Shown here: positions 36,111 through 47,974 of the stretch, piece after piece
Layout: every line of letters starts with the position of its first letter
How positions within the stretch are numbered: the first letter of the stretch is position 1
NCBI GenBank assembly: GCA_043809145.1
Contig: JAZDED010000012.1
Span: 3,994-67,993 of the forward strand
Length of the DNA: 64,000 nt
Direction of reading: 5' to 3'
Source: Candidatus Omnitrophota bacterium
GTDB taxonomy: Bacteria > Omnitrophota > Gorgyraeia > Gygaellales > Profunditerraquicolaceae
Notes under the pieces: model-generated
Told to the model about the DNA's origin: nothing
The model's input: only the letters and a program-made list of their open reading frames with translations
The model's database searches: none
Translations under genes and position numbers: made by a program

Positions 36111-37640
36111 CTAATATTCCCGTTCGTGCTCTACACTCATGTCTAGAAAGGTGCGTAGCCTTCTTGAGCGAGTAGGATGCCGCAATTTTTTCAATACCTT
36201 GGCTTCAATCTGCCTGATTCTTTCCCGGGTAACTTTAAAAATATTCCCTACTTCTTCTAAGGTTCTAGGGTATCCATCGTTAATACCAAAACGTAGAGAA
36301 AGAATTTTTCTTTCCTTGTCTGTAAGGGTATTTAAGATTTCATCCATCTCTTCCTTAAGCATGGAACGAACTGCGGTGTTTGCAGGAGAAGCTACTTTCT
36401 TATCCTGTATAAAATCTCCAAAGTGAGTATCTCCTTCGTCTCCTATGGGCATCTGGAGAGATATTGGTTTCTGGGCAAATTTAAGTATAGCTTTAACTTT
36501 TTCCTGGGAGAGCCGTATTTTATTTGAAATTTCTTCCGGAGTTGGCTCTCGGTAATTCTCCTGAAGGAACATGCGCGAAAAGCGCACAATCTTATTTATG
36601 GTTTCAGTCATATGCACTGGAATGCGGATGGTCCGCGCCTGGTCTGCAATTGCGCGCGTAATGGCCTGCCTGATCCACCAGGTAGCGTAGGTGGAAAACT
36701 TATAGCCTCTCTTGTATTCAAACTTATCTACGGCGCGCATTAATCCAATATTACCTTCCTGGATAAGGTCCAGGAAGGAGAGCCCCCTATTATTATATTT
36801 CTTGGCTATACTGACAACTAGCCTCAAATTTGCCTCTACCAGTTTTTCTTTGGTGTGGGCAAATTTAACATGCATGGTTTTTATGATTTTGATTTGTTCT
36901 TTAATTTTTGCATAAGGCTCGCTTAGCTTTTTGATTATTTCGCGTTTACGCTTAGAACTGCGTATTTTGTAACGATCCATATACTCCAATTCTTTAATCA
37001 GCCGGCTAAGCCTGCGCATGATTGTTTCGATAACAATGGTTGTAAAATTGAATTGCATAATTAGCTCAATGGCTTTTCCGGGGTTGGACGTACTTTTTAC
37101 CCTTTGAGCGATTCGGGCAATTCTTTTAAGCGCGCTCTGTTGGCTGGTAGTAATGACGCCCTTAGTTACCTCATCGATATTTATTTTCTCATTTATAATA
37201 TTGTCTGCCACTTGGAGCATTTGTTGCCGCGCAAACCTTGTGGCCAGTATGGCTAGTTTAAACTTTTCCTCGGCCTCCTCGATTCTCTTGGCCAGGATTA
37301 TCTCTTCCTCTCTGGAGAGCAGTGAAATAGAGCCCATCTGTTTCAGATACATTTTTACCGGGTCGTCTAGGGGTAGAAAGTGCTCCTCAGATTTGAGTTG
37401 TTCAGAAAGCGGATCTTCTTTTATGATCGCAGCGCGCTTTTCAGTTACAGCTAATTCTTCATTTTCGACCACCTGTATGTCTTCATTGCCCAGCAGGTCG
37501 AATATCTGATCGATATCTTCAGACGAAGAGATTTCTTCGGGAAGCAGCTCATTTACGTCGTCATAAGTAACGTAGCCTTTTTGTTTTCCTAGTTCAATTA
37601 TTTTTTTTACATCTTCCTTGGTAAGTACTTTCTTTTTCAT
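36111..37640 (-). CDS. rpoD: RNA polymerase sigma factor RpoD (sigma-70)
   Basis: 509 aa. Region 2 reads [37 protein letters not shown] and region 4.2 reads [20 protein letters not shown]. Confidence 0.97.
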   Translation of the reverse strand: MKKKVLTKEDVKKIIELGKQKGYVTYDDVNELLPEEISSSEDIDQIFDLLGNEDIQVVENEELAVTEKRAAIIKEDPLSEQLKSEEHFLPLDDPVKMYLKQMGSISLLSREEEIILAKRIEEAEEKFKLAILATRFARQQMLQVADNIINEKINIDEVTKGVITTSQQSALKRIARIAQRVKSTSNPGKAIELIMQFNFTTIVIETIMRRLSRLIKELEYMDRYKIRSSKRKREIIKKLSEPYAKIKEQIKIIKTMHVKFAHTKEKLVEANLRLVVSIAKKYNNRGLSFLDLIQEGNIGLMRAVDKFEYKRGYKFSTYATWWIRQAITRAIADQARTIRIPVHMTETINKIVRFSRMFLQENYREPTPEEISNKIRLSQEKVKAILKFAQKPISLQMPIGDEGDTHFGDFIQDKKVASPANTAVRSMLKEEMDEILNTLTDKERKILSLRFGINDGYPRTLEEVGNIFKVTRERIRQIEAKVLKKLRHPTRSRRLRTFLDMSVEHEREY

Positions 37641-39416
37641 TTATTTTACCTCTCTCTTTATTAAACTAGTAAATTCTTCCATCAATGACTTTAGAGAATC
37701 GTGGTCGCCACAGGCCTGCGCGTTTTTGATACGGTTATGCAGTTGTTCTTTTTTTAGGTTTAAGCGCCGCAGTTTTATTCGCTTAATGCAATCATTGACA
37801 ATAGAACTGCGATCTTCATTGTTTACCTGTGGTAAAAATGTAGATTCGCATATAAGATTAGATATATCGGAATCTTTAAAGTTGGTTAAGAATCTTTTTA
37901 CTTCAATGGTTTTGCCATTATTGGCAAGTTCAAACATAGCCTCAACCACCCTGGATAATCTAGTGTCTTGAAAATCACCAGGGGATAATTGATCCTTAAT
38001 TTGATCGATTAGCTCGTTTTCCTCAAGCATTAATTTGACAAGGAGGTTTTCCGTTGGATTGGTTTGGTGTTTTTTGGGGGTAAGGTAAGACTCTTGCCCG
38101 GAGGACTTATTTATTTCTTTTAGTTTATTATATTCATCTAGAACAAACTGCTCATTTACCCCCAGTTCTTCAGCTAGCTTTTTAATATATTCTCCTCTTA
38201 ATATCTGATCTTGGACCTTTTTTATGATCGGTAGCATTTGCGATTTTATTCTTTCCTTACCGGCTAACTGGTTTTTATTAATTTGGTTTTTATGTATGAA
38301 GGTTTTGAGTTGGTAGCAAAAGAGGTCTTCAGCTTCGTGTATGATTTGATGTAGTTTTTCGACTCCAAACTTTCTAACAATGTTATCCGGGTCTAGCTGT
38401 TCCGGCAAGCTCGCTACTCTTACGTTCATGCCTTCTTCAAAGAAAATATCCCAGGTTCGCAGCGTGGCCATTTGCCCGGCAGTATCTCCGTCGTAAAGCA
38501 TAATAATATTATTTGTGTAGCGTTTAATCAGCCTTATCTGGTCAGAGGTTAATGCCGTGCCTAGGGAGGCAACAATATTACAAAGGCCATGTTGATAAGG
38601 TATGATAAAATCCAGGTAGCCTTCTACTATAATTGCGCAGTCTTTATCGCGAATTTCATTTTTAGAGAAATTTAAGCCATAAAGGTTTTTGCCCTTTATA
38701 TAAATGGGTGTTTCCGGTGAGTTAATATATTTTGGTAGGGTATCGTCGGTTACCCTGGCGCCGAAAGCAACAGCCCGAGATTTTACATCCCATACCGGAA
38801 ATATAACTCGTTTGCGGAATCTGTCGTAATAGCCCCCTTTTTCTTTACTTAATATTAGGCCAGCTTTTTCCAATAAACCAAGGCTGATATTTTTTGCCCT
38901 TAGATTATTAATAAGGTCGTTCCATCTGTCAGAAGCAATTCCCAATTTAAATAATTTAATAGTCTCATCCGTTAGCCCGCGATTTAAAAGATAGTTTTTG
39001 GCATAGCTGCCACTAGGTGATTGCAGATTATTTGCATAAAATTCAGCAGCTAATTCGTTAATTTTATATAAAGTTGCGTGTAGGCCGTCAGCGCGCGCAG
39101 TATCTTTTCGGGGAATAACGATACAGGCTTTTTGCGCTAAGGTATTTACCGCTTCCAGGAATTCCATCTTTTCATATTGCATGAGAAAATTGAAGGCGTT
39201 TCCGCCAGTCCCGCAACCAAAGCAATGATATATCTGTTTGTCTTGTGAAACCATAAAAGAAGGTGTTTTCTCATGGTGAAAAGGGCAGTTAGCCCGGAAA
39301 TTCCTTCCCGCGCGCTTTAGTGGGATATAGCCGGATATTAATTCCACAATATCTGTTGCGTTTAATATACCGTCTAATGTGTTTTCTTCAATATGATGTG
39401 ATGTTTTCTGACTCAT
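37641..39416 (-). CDS. dnaG: DNA primase
   Basis: 591 aa with zinc finger CPFHHEKTPSF..CFGCG and TOPRIM motif IVEGYLD. The dnaG-rpoD order is conserved. Confidence 0.95.
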   Translation of the reverse strand: MSQKTSHHIEENTLDGILNATDIVELISGYIPLKRAGRNFRANCPFHHEKTPSFMVSQDKQIYHCFGCGTGGNAFNFLMQYEKMEFLEAVNTLAQKACIVIPRKDTARADGLHATLYKINELAAEFYANNLQSPSGSYAKNYLLNRGLTDETIKLFKLGIASDRWNDLINNLRAKNISLGLLEKAGLILSKEKGGYYDRFRKRVIFPVWDVKSRAVAFGARVTDDTLPKYINSPETPIYIKGKNLYGLNFSKNEIRDKDCAIIVEGYLDFIIPYQHGLCNIVASLGTALTSDQIRLIKRYTNNIIMLYDGDTAGQMATLRTWDIFFEEGMNVRVASLPEQLDPDNIVRKFGVEKLHQIIHEAEDLFCYQLKTFIHKNQINKNQLAGKERIKSQMLPIIKKVQDQILRGEYIKKLAEELGVNEQFVLDEYNKLKEINKSSGQESYLTPKKHQTNPTENLLVKLMLEENELIDQIKDQLSPGDFQDTRLSRVVEAMFELANNGKTIEVKRFLTNFKDSDISNLICESTFLPQVNNEDRSSIVNDCIKRIKLRRLNLKKEQLHNRIKNAQACGDHDSLKSLMEEFTSLIKREVK

Positions 39417-39418
39417 AT

Positions 39419-40300
39419 TTAATTCCTTCTAATTCTGCGGAAACCAGAGCAGGTAAGCGTCAAGAATTCGCTTCCGGAAGCGGCTTCTAACTTATCCAGG
39501 ATAAGGTTAAGGCCTAAATTGTCGCTTGAGATGTGGCTGGCAATAATTACGTTCATTCCAATATCTCTTACTTTTTTAAAATGTTCTTCGCTCATATGCA
39601 TGCATACCAGAGTTCGGATTCCTTTTTTGTAAAGTTTTTCATAAACTTCCTTATGCCCTTCTGTGCCACCGGTCATTTCAATAAATATTTTTCCCGTATT
39701 CCTGTTTTCGTTACCCAACAAAAGCCTTGGTTCGACATGGGATTCTTTTGCCGATATTTGGTATTCGGATATCGCTTTTAATAAATACAGGATGTCTTTA
39801 ACTTTCTTAGGGTGTTTTAGCTTAAAAAGATTATCGATATAAGCTGATACATGGTTATCCGCAGGAGTATGTACGCACATCAAAGGTATATCTAATAGAC
39901 GCGCGGCATCTACCGTGCGCATATGGTTGGCTGGGAGTAATCTTCTACGTACTTCATCCAACCTCTCCTCCAAGAATTGTCTGGCTACCTCCTCTTTTAT
40001 ACCTGCGTCTTTCAAGAGGTCGATCTGCAGACGCATGACTTCATAAAAAATAGCTAAGGCGCCTCCTTCGGGATGATGGGCTATAACTAAATCCAACCCA
40101 TCGCTTGCTTTAATGCGCTCAGCCAGGAGTATCTCTCCTATTTCAATATCGATACCCACTAATATTTTTTTAACTTCCGTATGCGCAGCTCCATAAAGAA
40201 CTGCTGTATCTGCGTAACCTTTAATCTTACTTTTGCCCTTCCGGGGATCGCTGGCAATTCCAAACTTGACGATATGCTGGTATATTTGTAATAATTGCAT
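39419..40300 (-). CDS. NIF3 (DUF34)-like metal-binding protein
   Basis: 293 aa with HHPEG, HTPADN and ASHISSD motifs reminiscent of the NIF3 dinuclear-metal family. The assignment is from memory of motif style, not from a search. Confidence 0.5.
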   Translation of the reverse strand: MQLLQIYQHIVKFGIASDPRKGKSKIKGYADTAVLYGAAHTEVKKILVGIDIEIGEILLAERIKASDGLDLVIAHHPEGGALAIFYEVMRLQIDLLKDAGIKEEVARQFLEERLDEVRRRLLPANHMRTVDAARLLDIPLMCVHTPADNHVSAYIDNLFKLKHPKKVKDILYLLKAISEYQISAKESHVEPRLLLGNENRNTGKIFIEMTGGTEGHKEVYEKLYKKGIRTLVCMHMSEEHFKKVRDIGMNVIIASHISSDNLGLNLILDKLEAASGSEFLTLTCSGFRRIRRN

Positions 40301-40305
40301 GGGTA

Positions 40306-40884
40306 TTATTGTTTAAAATTATCTCTAATTTTTATTGTAGAATCATTGAATTTTTCATTAGTGAAGAATTTTGACCCCAGGCCGTTCCATAAAGATTCAT
40401 AAGTAAAAGGCGCAATTTTTATAAGCGCTGAACCCAGATAGGATTGATATACGCTATTTTGTAAGTAGGATACCGTTGATATGGCTAAAATATATATTAC
40501 TAGACCCGAGAGGAATATAGCCCTGGCTACGCCGATCATTAAACCACCGTATCTATTTAGCTTAGGCACAGCCTCCATTCTGATGATGTAGGCGAAACCT
40601 TCGCGGAGAAGTATAAAAATTAGGTAGCTTATTCCGGTCAAGCACAGGAAACTGAATAAATCTATAACCTCTACAGGGATGCTGTTAGAGGAAACACTAC
40701 TATGAATAAACTCGGAAAGATTTAAATAATTGTGTAAAGATACATATATGGATAGTATTGTTCCGCAAATCTTAAACAACTCCGGAATAAAGCCGCATCT
40801 AATAGATATATAAAATACCCTGACCATTAATAGGGTGATAATAATATCTACCCAATTAAAGTTCTTAACAGCTTCTAAGACCAT
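40306..40884 (-). CDS. cvpA: CvpA family membrane protein
   Basis: 192 aa with 4 TM helices and N-terminus NWVDIIITLLMVRVFYISIRCGF, typical of CvpA/colicin V production proteins. Confidence 0.7.
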   Translation of the reverse strand: MVLEAVKNFNWVDIIITLLMVRVFYISIRCGFIPELFKICGTILSIYVSLHNYLNLSEFIHSSVSSNSIPVEVIDLFSFLCLTGISYLIFILLREGFAYIIRMEAVPKLNRYGGLMIGVARAIFLSGLVIYILAISTVSYLQNSVYQSYLGSALIKIAPFTYESLWNGLGSKFFTNEKFNDSTIKIRDNFKQ

Positions 40885-40980
40885 AAGTTATGATTTTTTT
40901 CTTATTATATTATAGAAATGAATTTTTAAGAGTATAACATATAAAAGGAGTTATGTCAAGGAAAGCGCTTTCAAAATACA

Positions 40981-41010
40981 AAAGGGCGAAACTTTTTTGC
41001 TTCGCCCTTT
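40981..41010 (-). terminator. intrinsic terminator downstream of groEL
   Basis: aaagggcgaa-10 nt-ttcgcccttt is a 10-bp perfect stem flanked by T-rich tracts on both strands. Confidence 0.6.
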
Positions 41011-41057
41011 TGTATTTTTTTATAACTATGTGCTAATTGCTACGTACTGCGCGCTAA

Positions 41058-42698
<1,641 letters not shown>

Positions 42699-42710
42699 TA
42701 ACTCCTCCTT

Positions 42711-43001
42711 TTATTTAATAATCGCTAAGATGTCATCTTCACGGATAATTAAGAGTTCATCGCCTTCTTTGCTGGTGAATTCGTTTCCGGTATATTTACC
42801 ATACAATACCTTATCTCCCACTTTTACCTCTAAAGCCTGCACAGTTCCGGAATCCAGGACTTTGCCTTTACCTACAGCTATGACTTCTCCTTGCTGAGGT
42901 TTCTCCTTGGCTGTATCAGGTAGTACTATGCCGCCTTTAGTCTTAGTTTCAGCTTCTAAAGGCTTTACCACAATACGGTCACCTAATGGCTGTAACTTCA
43001 T
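42711..43001 (-). CDS. groES: co-chaperonin GroES
   Basis: 96 aa with N-terminus [14 protein letters not shown] and the mobile loop, located upstream of groEL. Confidence 0.98.
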   Translation of the reverse strand: MKLQPLGDRIVVKPLEAETKTKGGIVLPDTAKEKPQQGEVIAVGKGKVLDSGTVQALEVKVGDKVLYGKYTGNEFTSKEGDELLIIREDDILAIIK

Positions 43002-43027
43002 GTTTCGGCCTCCTCTGTTGGTTTATT

Positions 43028-43054
43028 TTAGCACTCTAAACACCCGAGTGCTAA
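43028..43054. promoter_or_regulatory. CIRCE operator (HrcA binding site)
   Basis: TTAGCACTC-taaacaccc-GAGTGCTAA is a perfect match to the CIRCE consensus. It lies between the promoter -10 and the groES SD. Confidence 0.95.
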
Positions 43055-43081
43055 TTGTAACTGTTTTTATCCTCTTGTCAA
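43054..43081 (-). promoter_or_regulatory. sigma70-type promoter of groESL (TTGACA-16-TACAAT)
   Basis: The reverse complement reads tacTTGACAagaggataaaaacagtTACAATtagcactc. Confidence 0.6.
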
Positions 43082-43099
43082 GTATTTTTTTATATAATA

Positions 43100-44392
43100 T
43101 TATTTTAGAATATCAGCGATAGATTCAGATATGCTTGGATGAGGTAAAATTGCCCTTTTTAACTGCGCGATGGATAGGCCATTGTTTATAGCCAGAGTGA
43201 AGAATCCTATAATTTCTGATGCTTGCGGCCCGATTATAGATACACCTAATATCTTTAGGCTACCAGAATCAATTACAAGTTTCATAAAACCGTCTGTTTT
43301 GCCTAGAATACGCGCCATGCCTGAAGACAGGAAATCTAATCGCCTTACCTCGATTTTTAAATCCTCTTTTCTGGCTTCATCTTCAGTAATTCCAACGCTG
43401 GCAATTTCCGGGTCAGTAAAAATAGCGCATGGGATGTTGCTGTTAGCAATAAGTTTTTGGCTGTTAGGTTGGACTATATTTTCTACGGCCAGCCTTCCTT
43501 GGAAGCTGGCGAAATGCGCCAGCATCAATTTTGCAGTGCAGTCGCCAGCTGCATAAATATTAGCCAGGTTAGTTTTGGAGAACTGGTCAATATGAATATT
43601 ATCTGCCTGTAGCTGGATTCCTATTTTTTCCAGCCCAAGCCCTTGAGTTACTACGCTTCTACCGGCGCAAATAAGTATTAGTTCATAACCGGAGGTGTCC
43701 AGGGATTGAATTTGCGCTTGGGTGATAACCTTGATACTCTTTTTTTTAAACAGGGTTTCCAGTTTTCGCGATACCTCCATATCCAAACCAGGCAATAATT
43801 GCGCCATAATTTCTACAAGAGTGACTTCGCTTTTTAAAATAGAAAAAAGACCAGCAAATTCGCAGCCTATTGCCCCTGCGCCTACAATCAGTATATTTTT
43901 AGGTATGTTATGGATCTTTAGAATATCTTCGCTGGAAAGGATTTTTTTTGCGTCGAATTTTAATTCATTTAGCTCTTTAGGTTTTGAGCCGCTGGCGATG
44001 ATGAAATTCTTAGCTTTTATTTGTTTGTCTTTTAGTTGCAGGGTGTCCGAGCCGAGGAATTTAGCCTCTCCAGGCATAAAGTCTATGCCTTTAAGCATCT
44101 GCTCCAATCCTTTTCTCAATTGCCGGATAAGTTTATCTATGCGCGATTGCATAGCCGCAATATCAGGCTGGGCAGTTATGGTTTGGATACCGAATTCTCC
44201 TGCCCTATTCACATAATCAAAAATCTTGGCAGATTGAATGAGCGCTTTGGTGGGGATACATCCTGAATTGAGGCAAGTGCCTCCCAGGTCTTTTTTTTCC
44301 AGCAGGATCGTTTTGAGCCCGAGTTCCTTTGCTCTTATGGCGGCATTAATACCCGCCCACCCTGCTCCTATTATCGCTAAGTCATACGGCAT
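43100..44392 (-). CDS. dihydrolipoyl dehydrogenase-like FAD/NAD(P) disulfide oxidoreductase
   Basis: 430 aa with FAD motif IIGAGWAG, redox-active disulfide GGTCLNSGCIPTK and a C-terminal HPSISE dimerisation motif. It is shorter than a typical Lpd. Confidence 0.75.
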   Translation of the reverse strand: MPYDLAIIGAGWAGINAAIRAKELGLKTILLEKKDLGGTCLNSGCIPTKALIQSAKIFDYVNRAGEFGIQTITAQPDIAAMQSRIDKLIRQLRKGLEQMLKGIDFMPGEAKFLGSDTLQLKDKQIKAKNFIIASGSKPKELNELKFDAKKILSSEDILKIHNIPKNILIVGAGAIGCEFAGLFSILKSEVTLVEIMAQLLPGLDMEVSRKLETLFKKKSIKVITQAQIQSLDTSGYELILICAGRSVVTQGLGLEKIGIQLQADNIHIDQFSKTNLANIYAAGDCTAKLMLAHFASFQGRLAVENIVQPNSQKLIANSNIPCAIFTDPEIASVGITEDEARKEDLKIEVRRLDFLSSGMARILGKTDGFMKLVIDSGSLKILGVSIIGPQASEIIGFFTLAINNGLSIAQLKRAILPHPSISESIADILK

Positions 44393-44393
44393 A

Positions 44394-45314
44394 CTAATTA
44401 ACTATTCTTTTGTTTATCTCGGCTAAGCTTAAAGAGGATTTTTGCAGTTCTGCTTTTTCATGGGAATGAAGGTTTAGCTCAATAATTTCTTCAATTCCAT
44501 TTTCTCCAATTACGCAAGGAACTCCTATACAGAGGTCTTTTATTCCGTATTCGCCGTTTAGGTACGCAGAAACCGGGAGTGTCCTTTTTTGATTGAAATG
44601 GATTGCCCGTATTAACTCCGCAATACTGGCAGAGGGAGCAAAGTACGCGCTACCGCTGCCTAAAAGAGACACTATCTCTTGGCCTCGTAATTTGGTCCTT
44701 TTAACCAACTCTTCCACCTTGCTGCTTGTAGTTGTTTTGTCAAGCGTGGTTTCTTTTATGTTGGTAAAGCGTGGAAGCACAAGCATGGTTTCTCCGTGGC
44801 TGCCTATAACCATAGCTTCAATATCAGAGCTGGCTACCTTTAATTCCTGAGATATTAGATTGGCAAAGCGCGCTGCGTCTAAACTAGCCCCCATTCCAAA
44901 AACGTGGCTAGATTTAAAAAGTGTTGTTTTAAGACAAAGGTAGGTCATTGAATCCAGAGGATTCGTAACTACAATGACTATGGCTTTAGGGGCGCTATTC
45001 TTAATTTCAAGGCTTAAGTTTTTAATAATTTGCGCGTTTTTTAACAAGAGGTCTTCGCGGGTCATTCCTGGCTTACGGGTTAGGCCTGCGGTAATTACCA
45101 CAATTTGCGACCCATGGATATCTCCAATATTTTCGCTCCCCTTTATATTAAAGTCCGCTTTTAATATATTGCGGCTATCATCAATATCGAATTGTTTGGC
45201 TGCGGCTAGCCCCGGAGCAATATCTATAAGCGCAATATTACCCAGATCTTCCTGGGCAATACGCATCGCTAGCGTAGAGCCGACATTTCCCGCACCTATG
45301 ATGGATATTTTCAT
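44394..45314 (-). CDS. mdh: malate dehydrogenase (LDH-like family)
   Basis: 306 aa with N-terminus MKISIIGAGNVGS. The substrate loop GLTRKPGMTREDL has Arg at the position that discriminates MDH from LDH. Confidence 0.88.
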   Translation of the reverse strand: MKISIIGAGNVGSTLAMRIAQEDLGNIALIDIAPGLAAAKQFDIDDSRNILKADFNIKGSENIGDIHGSQIVVITAGLTRKPGMTREDLLLKNAQIIKNLSLEIKNSAPKAIVIVVTNPLDSMTYLCLKTTLFKSSHVFGMGASLDAARFANLISQELKVASSDIEAMVIGSHGETMLVLPRFTNIKETTLDKTTTSSKVEELVKRTKLRGQEIVSLLGSGSAYFAPSASIAELIRAIHFNQKRTLPVSAYLNGEYGIKDLCIGVPCVIGENGIEEIIELNLHSHEKAELQKSSLSLAEINKRIVN

Positions 45315-45316
45315 AA

Positions 45317-46405
45317 TTATTTATGTTTTATTCTTTTGATAATTGCATCAGCCATTTCTATCGTTCCTACTGCCGATGCGTCATTGGGGGTGGGTTTTAG
45401 GTCATAAGTAACAAATTGCTTTTCGCTAAGAATATCCCGTAGCGCGTTTTCAAGAATATTGGCAGCTTTGTCTTCTTTTAAATACCTTAACATTAATACT
45501 CCCGAAAGAATCATAGCTGTGGGATTTACCTTATTCATCCCCTTGTATTTTGGAGCAGAGCCATGCACTGCCTCGAAGACTGCCATATCAATCCCAATAT
45601 TTGAACCGGGGGCAATACCTAAGCCTCCAACTAGGCCTGCGCATAAATCTGAAAGTATATCTCCGTAAAGATTAGGTAAAACCAGGCAATCGTAATTATG
45701 GGGTTTTTGCACCAGTTGCATGGCCATATTATCCACCAGGGCTTCTTCAAAAATAATCCTGTTCTTGTAATCCCTGGCAACTTCCCTGGCGACCGTTAAG
45801 AATAATCCGTCGGTGAATTTCATAATATTGGCTTTAGTGATTACGGTTATCTTTTTTCGCTTATATTGCAGCGCGTATTCAAAGGCGTATCTTACAATAC
45901 GTTCGCTGGCAAATCTGGAGATGGGTTTAATGGAAATACCGGAATCATCGCGGATATCTTTTTTGCAGTAAGCGGATATGTCATGGATTAATTTCAATGT
46001 TTCATTTTTACCCTGCTCAAACTCGATTCCGGCATAAAGGTCTTCGCTGTTTTCACGGATAATAACCAGGTCAATATCTTTATAGTAGGATTTGATTCCA
46101 GGGTAATACTTGGCTGGCCTGACACAGGCATATAAATCCAAGGCATGCCGGATGGCCACGTTTACTGAACGAAATCCTCCTCCGATAGGGGTGGTAATTG
46201 GTCCTTTGAGGGCTACTTTATTTTTTTTGATGGATTCTAAAGTAGCAGTTGGAAGAAGAGAACCGGTCTTCTGTAAAGCCTCTTCTCCTGCCAGGGCCAC
46301 TTCCCATTCAATATTTATACCGGTTGCCTCAATACATCTTTGAGCCGCAGCAGAAACCTCCGGACCGATGCCATCTCCTGGAATTAGAGTAACCCTGTGT
46401 TTCAT
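45317..46405 (-). CDS. NAD-dependent isocitrate/homoisocitrate dehydrogenase (beta-decarboxylating dehydrogenase family)
   Basis: 362 aa with IPGDGIGPEV and GPITTPIGGGFRSVNVAIRHALDLYACVRP. This pattern is of the IDH/HICDH type rather than the LeuB type. Confidence 0.75.
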   Translation of the reverse strand: MKHRVTLIPGDGIGPEVSAAAQRCIEATGINIEWEVALAGEEALQKTGSLLPTATLESIKKNKVALKGPITTPIGGGFRSVNVAIRHALDLYACVRPAKYYPGIKSYYKDIDLVIIRENSEDLYAGIEFEQGKNETLKLIHDISAYCKKDIRDDSGISIKPISRFASERIVRYAFEYALQYKRKKITVITKANIMKFTDGLFLTVAREVARDYKNRIIFEEALVDNMAMQLVQKPHNYDCLVLPNLYGDILSDLCAGLVGGLGIAPGSNIGIDMAVFEAVHGSAPKYKGMNKVNPTAMILSGVLMLRYLKEDKAANILENALRDILSEKQFVTYDLKPTPNDASAVGTIEMADAIIKRIKHK

Positions 46406-46905
46406 TTTAGGTCCAATCCTTTATGTGTTAATATGAATTTTACAATTCCGCCGGCACTTAATATATCCTGCATAAATTTAGGAACCGGTTTTACTTTTAA
46501 TTCTATGCCACGTGATGTTTCGGTTATGATTCCCCGGTCTAAATTGACCTCTATCCGATCGAAGTTATTAATTTTATCGGTATCTGTTTCTAAGAGCAGT
46601 AAGCCGATATTGAAACTATTGCGGAAGAAAATTCTGGCAAAGGATTTAGCTACCACCGCAATAATTCCGGATTCCTTAATTACCAAGGGGGCTTGTTCGC
46701 GCGAGGATCCCATGCCGAAGTTTTCTCCTGCTACCAGTATTGATTCTCCGGGCGAGATCTTCCGGGGAAAATCCGGATCAATATCCTCCATGATGTGTTT
46801 GGCCAGTTCTTTGATATCAGTAATGGAGAATTTATACCTTCCGGAAATAATAAAATCTGTATTGATATTGTCGCCTAACTTAATACATTTGCCTTTGATA
46901 TTCAT
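46402..46905 (-). CDS. aconitase-family dehydratase small subunit (LeuD/HacB-like)
   Basis: 167 aa, swivel-domain type (GDNINTDFIISGRY..., GENFGMGSSREQA). Confidence 0.8.
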   Translation of the reverse strand: MNIKGKCIKLGDNINTDFIISGRYKFSITDIKELAKHIMEDIDPDFPRKISPGESILVAGENFGMGSSREQAPLVIKESGIIAVVAKSFARIFFRNSFNIGLLLLETDTDKINNFDRIEVNLDRGIITETSRGIELKVKPVPKFMQDILSAGGIVKFILTHKGLDLK

Positions 46906-46910
46906 TGGGT

Positions 46911-47957
46911 TTAAAGTTGCCTGAATTCCTCAACATGTTTGGCTTTGGAGATAGCTACATCAAGAGTGATTTCGCCTTTTTGATAGAGCTCTTTAAGGCA
47001 TTTGTCCATTGTTTTCATTCCATATTGGCTTCCGGTTTGCATGAGGGTGGGAATCTGCTCTATTTCCTGCTCGCGGATAAGATTACGTATTCCGGGAGTC
47101 CCTATCATTATTTCAGTAGCCAGGATTCTACCCCTTCCTGAAGCATGTGGAAGCAATAACTGCGATACTACTCCTTGAAGGCAATCTGAAAGCTGTAATT
47201 TAACTTGTTCCTGTTGGTGCGGAGGAAAGACATCGATAATTCTCTCGATGGTTTGCGGCGCATCTGGGGTATGCAGGGTAGCTAAAACTAAATGCCCGGT
47301 TTCAGCGGCAGTTAGAGTTGTGGAGATGGTTTCTAAGTCACGCATTTCACCTACTACCAGTACATCAGGGTCCTGGCGCAGGGCATGTCGTAAGGCTGAA
47401 GCAAACGAACGCGTATCCGAATAGACTTCTCTCTGTTTAATCACGCATTTTTTATTGCAATGTACAAATTCTATCGGATCCTCAATACAGATGATCAGGG
47501 ATTCTCTTTCTTCATTCAAAAGGTTAATCATGGATGCCATAGTGGTTGTTTTGCCTACGCCTGTAGGCCCGGTAACCAGAACTAAACCATTAGGTTTACG
47601 CGCTAAATCTACAGCTATAGATGGTAAACCTAATTCTTCGATGCGCGGTATCTCCAAGGGTACCCTACGAAAAGCTGCCTCTACGCATCCTTTTTGTTGA
47701 TGGACATTTACTCTGAACCTGTCCATATCCGGCAGGGCTATTGAGAAATCCAGTTCCAGTTCTTTCTCAAAGACTTCTTTTTGGGTATCGGTGAGAATAC
47801 TGTAAATCATCTTCTTTAAGAGATCCCGGTTAAGCTCTCCTAGGTTCTGTCTGTGCATAACTCCGTCAATACGAAGTATCGGAGGCTCCTTATCGGTTAA
47901 GTGCAGGTCTGAAGCTTTTTTTTCGATGCAGGACATCAATAAGTCGCGTATTTCCAT
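46911..47957 (-). CDS. pilT: type IV pilus twitching motility ATPase PilT
   Basis: 348 aa with Walker A GPTGVGKTT, Asp box, Walker B and His box. Size and pattern match the PilT family. Confidence 0.9.
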   Translation of the reverse strand: MEIRDLLMSCIEKKASDLHLTDKEPPILRIDGVMHRQNLGELNRDLLKKMIYSILTDTQKEVFEKELELDFSIALPDMDRFRVNVHQQKGCVEAAFRRVPLEIPRIEELGLPSIAVDLARKPNGLVLVTGPTGVGKTTTMASMINLLNEERESLIICIEDPIEFVHCNKKCVIKQREVYSDTRSFASALRHALRQDPDVLVVGEMRDLETISTTLTAAETGHLVLATLHTPDAPQTIERIIDVFPPHQQEQVKLQLSDCLQGVVSQLLLPHASGRGRILATEIMIGTPGIRNLIREQEIEQIPTLMQTGSQYGMKTMDKCLKELYQKGEITLDVAISKAKHVEEFRQL

Positions 47958-47974
47958 GTTCTACCTCCTAAAGA

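Noticed and set aside
40953-41036. A plus-strand mini-ORF of 27 codons (MSRKALSKYKRAKLFCFALLYFFITMC) follows an AAGGAG sequence downstream of groEL.
   Set aside because: The SD-to-ATG spacing is only 2 nt. The ORF is largely the translation of the groEL terminator hairpin and its T-tract. There is no support for it being a real gene.
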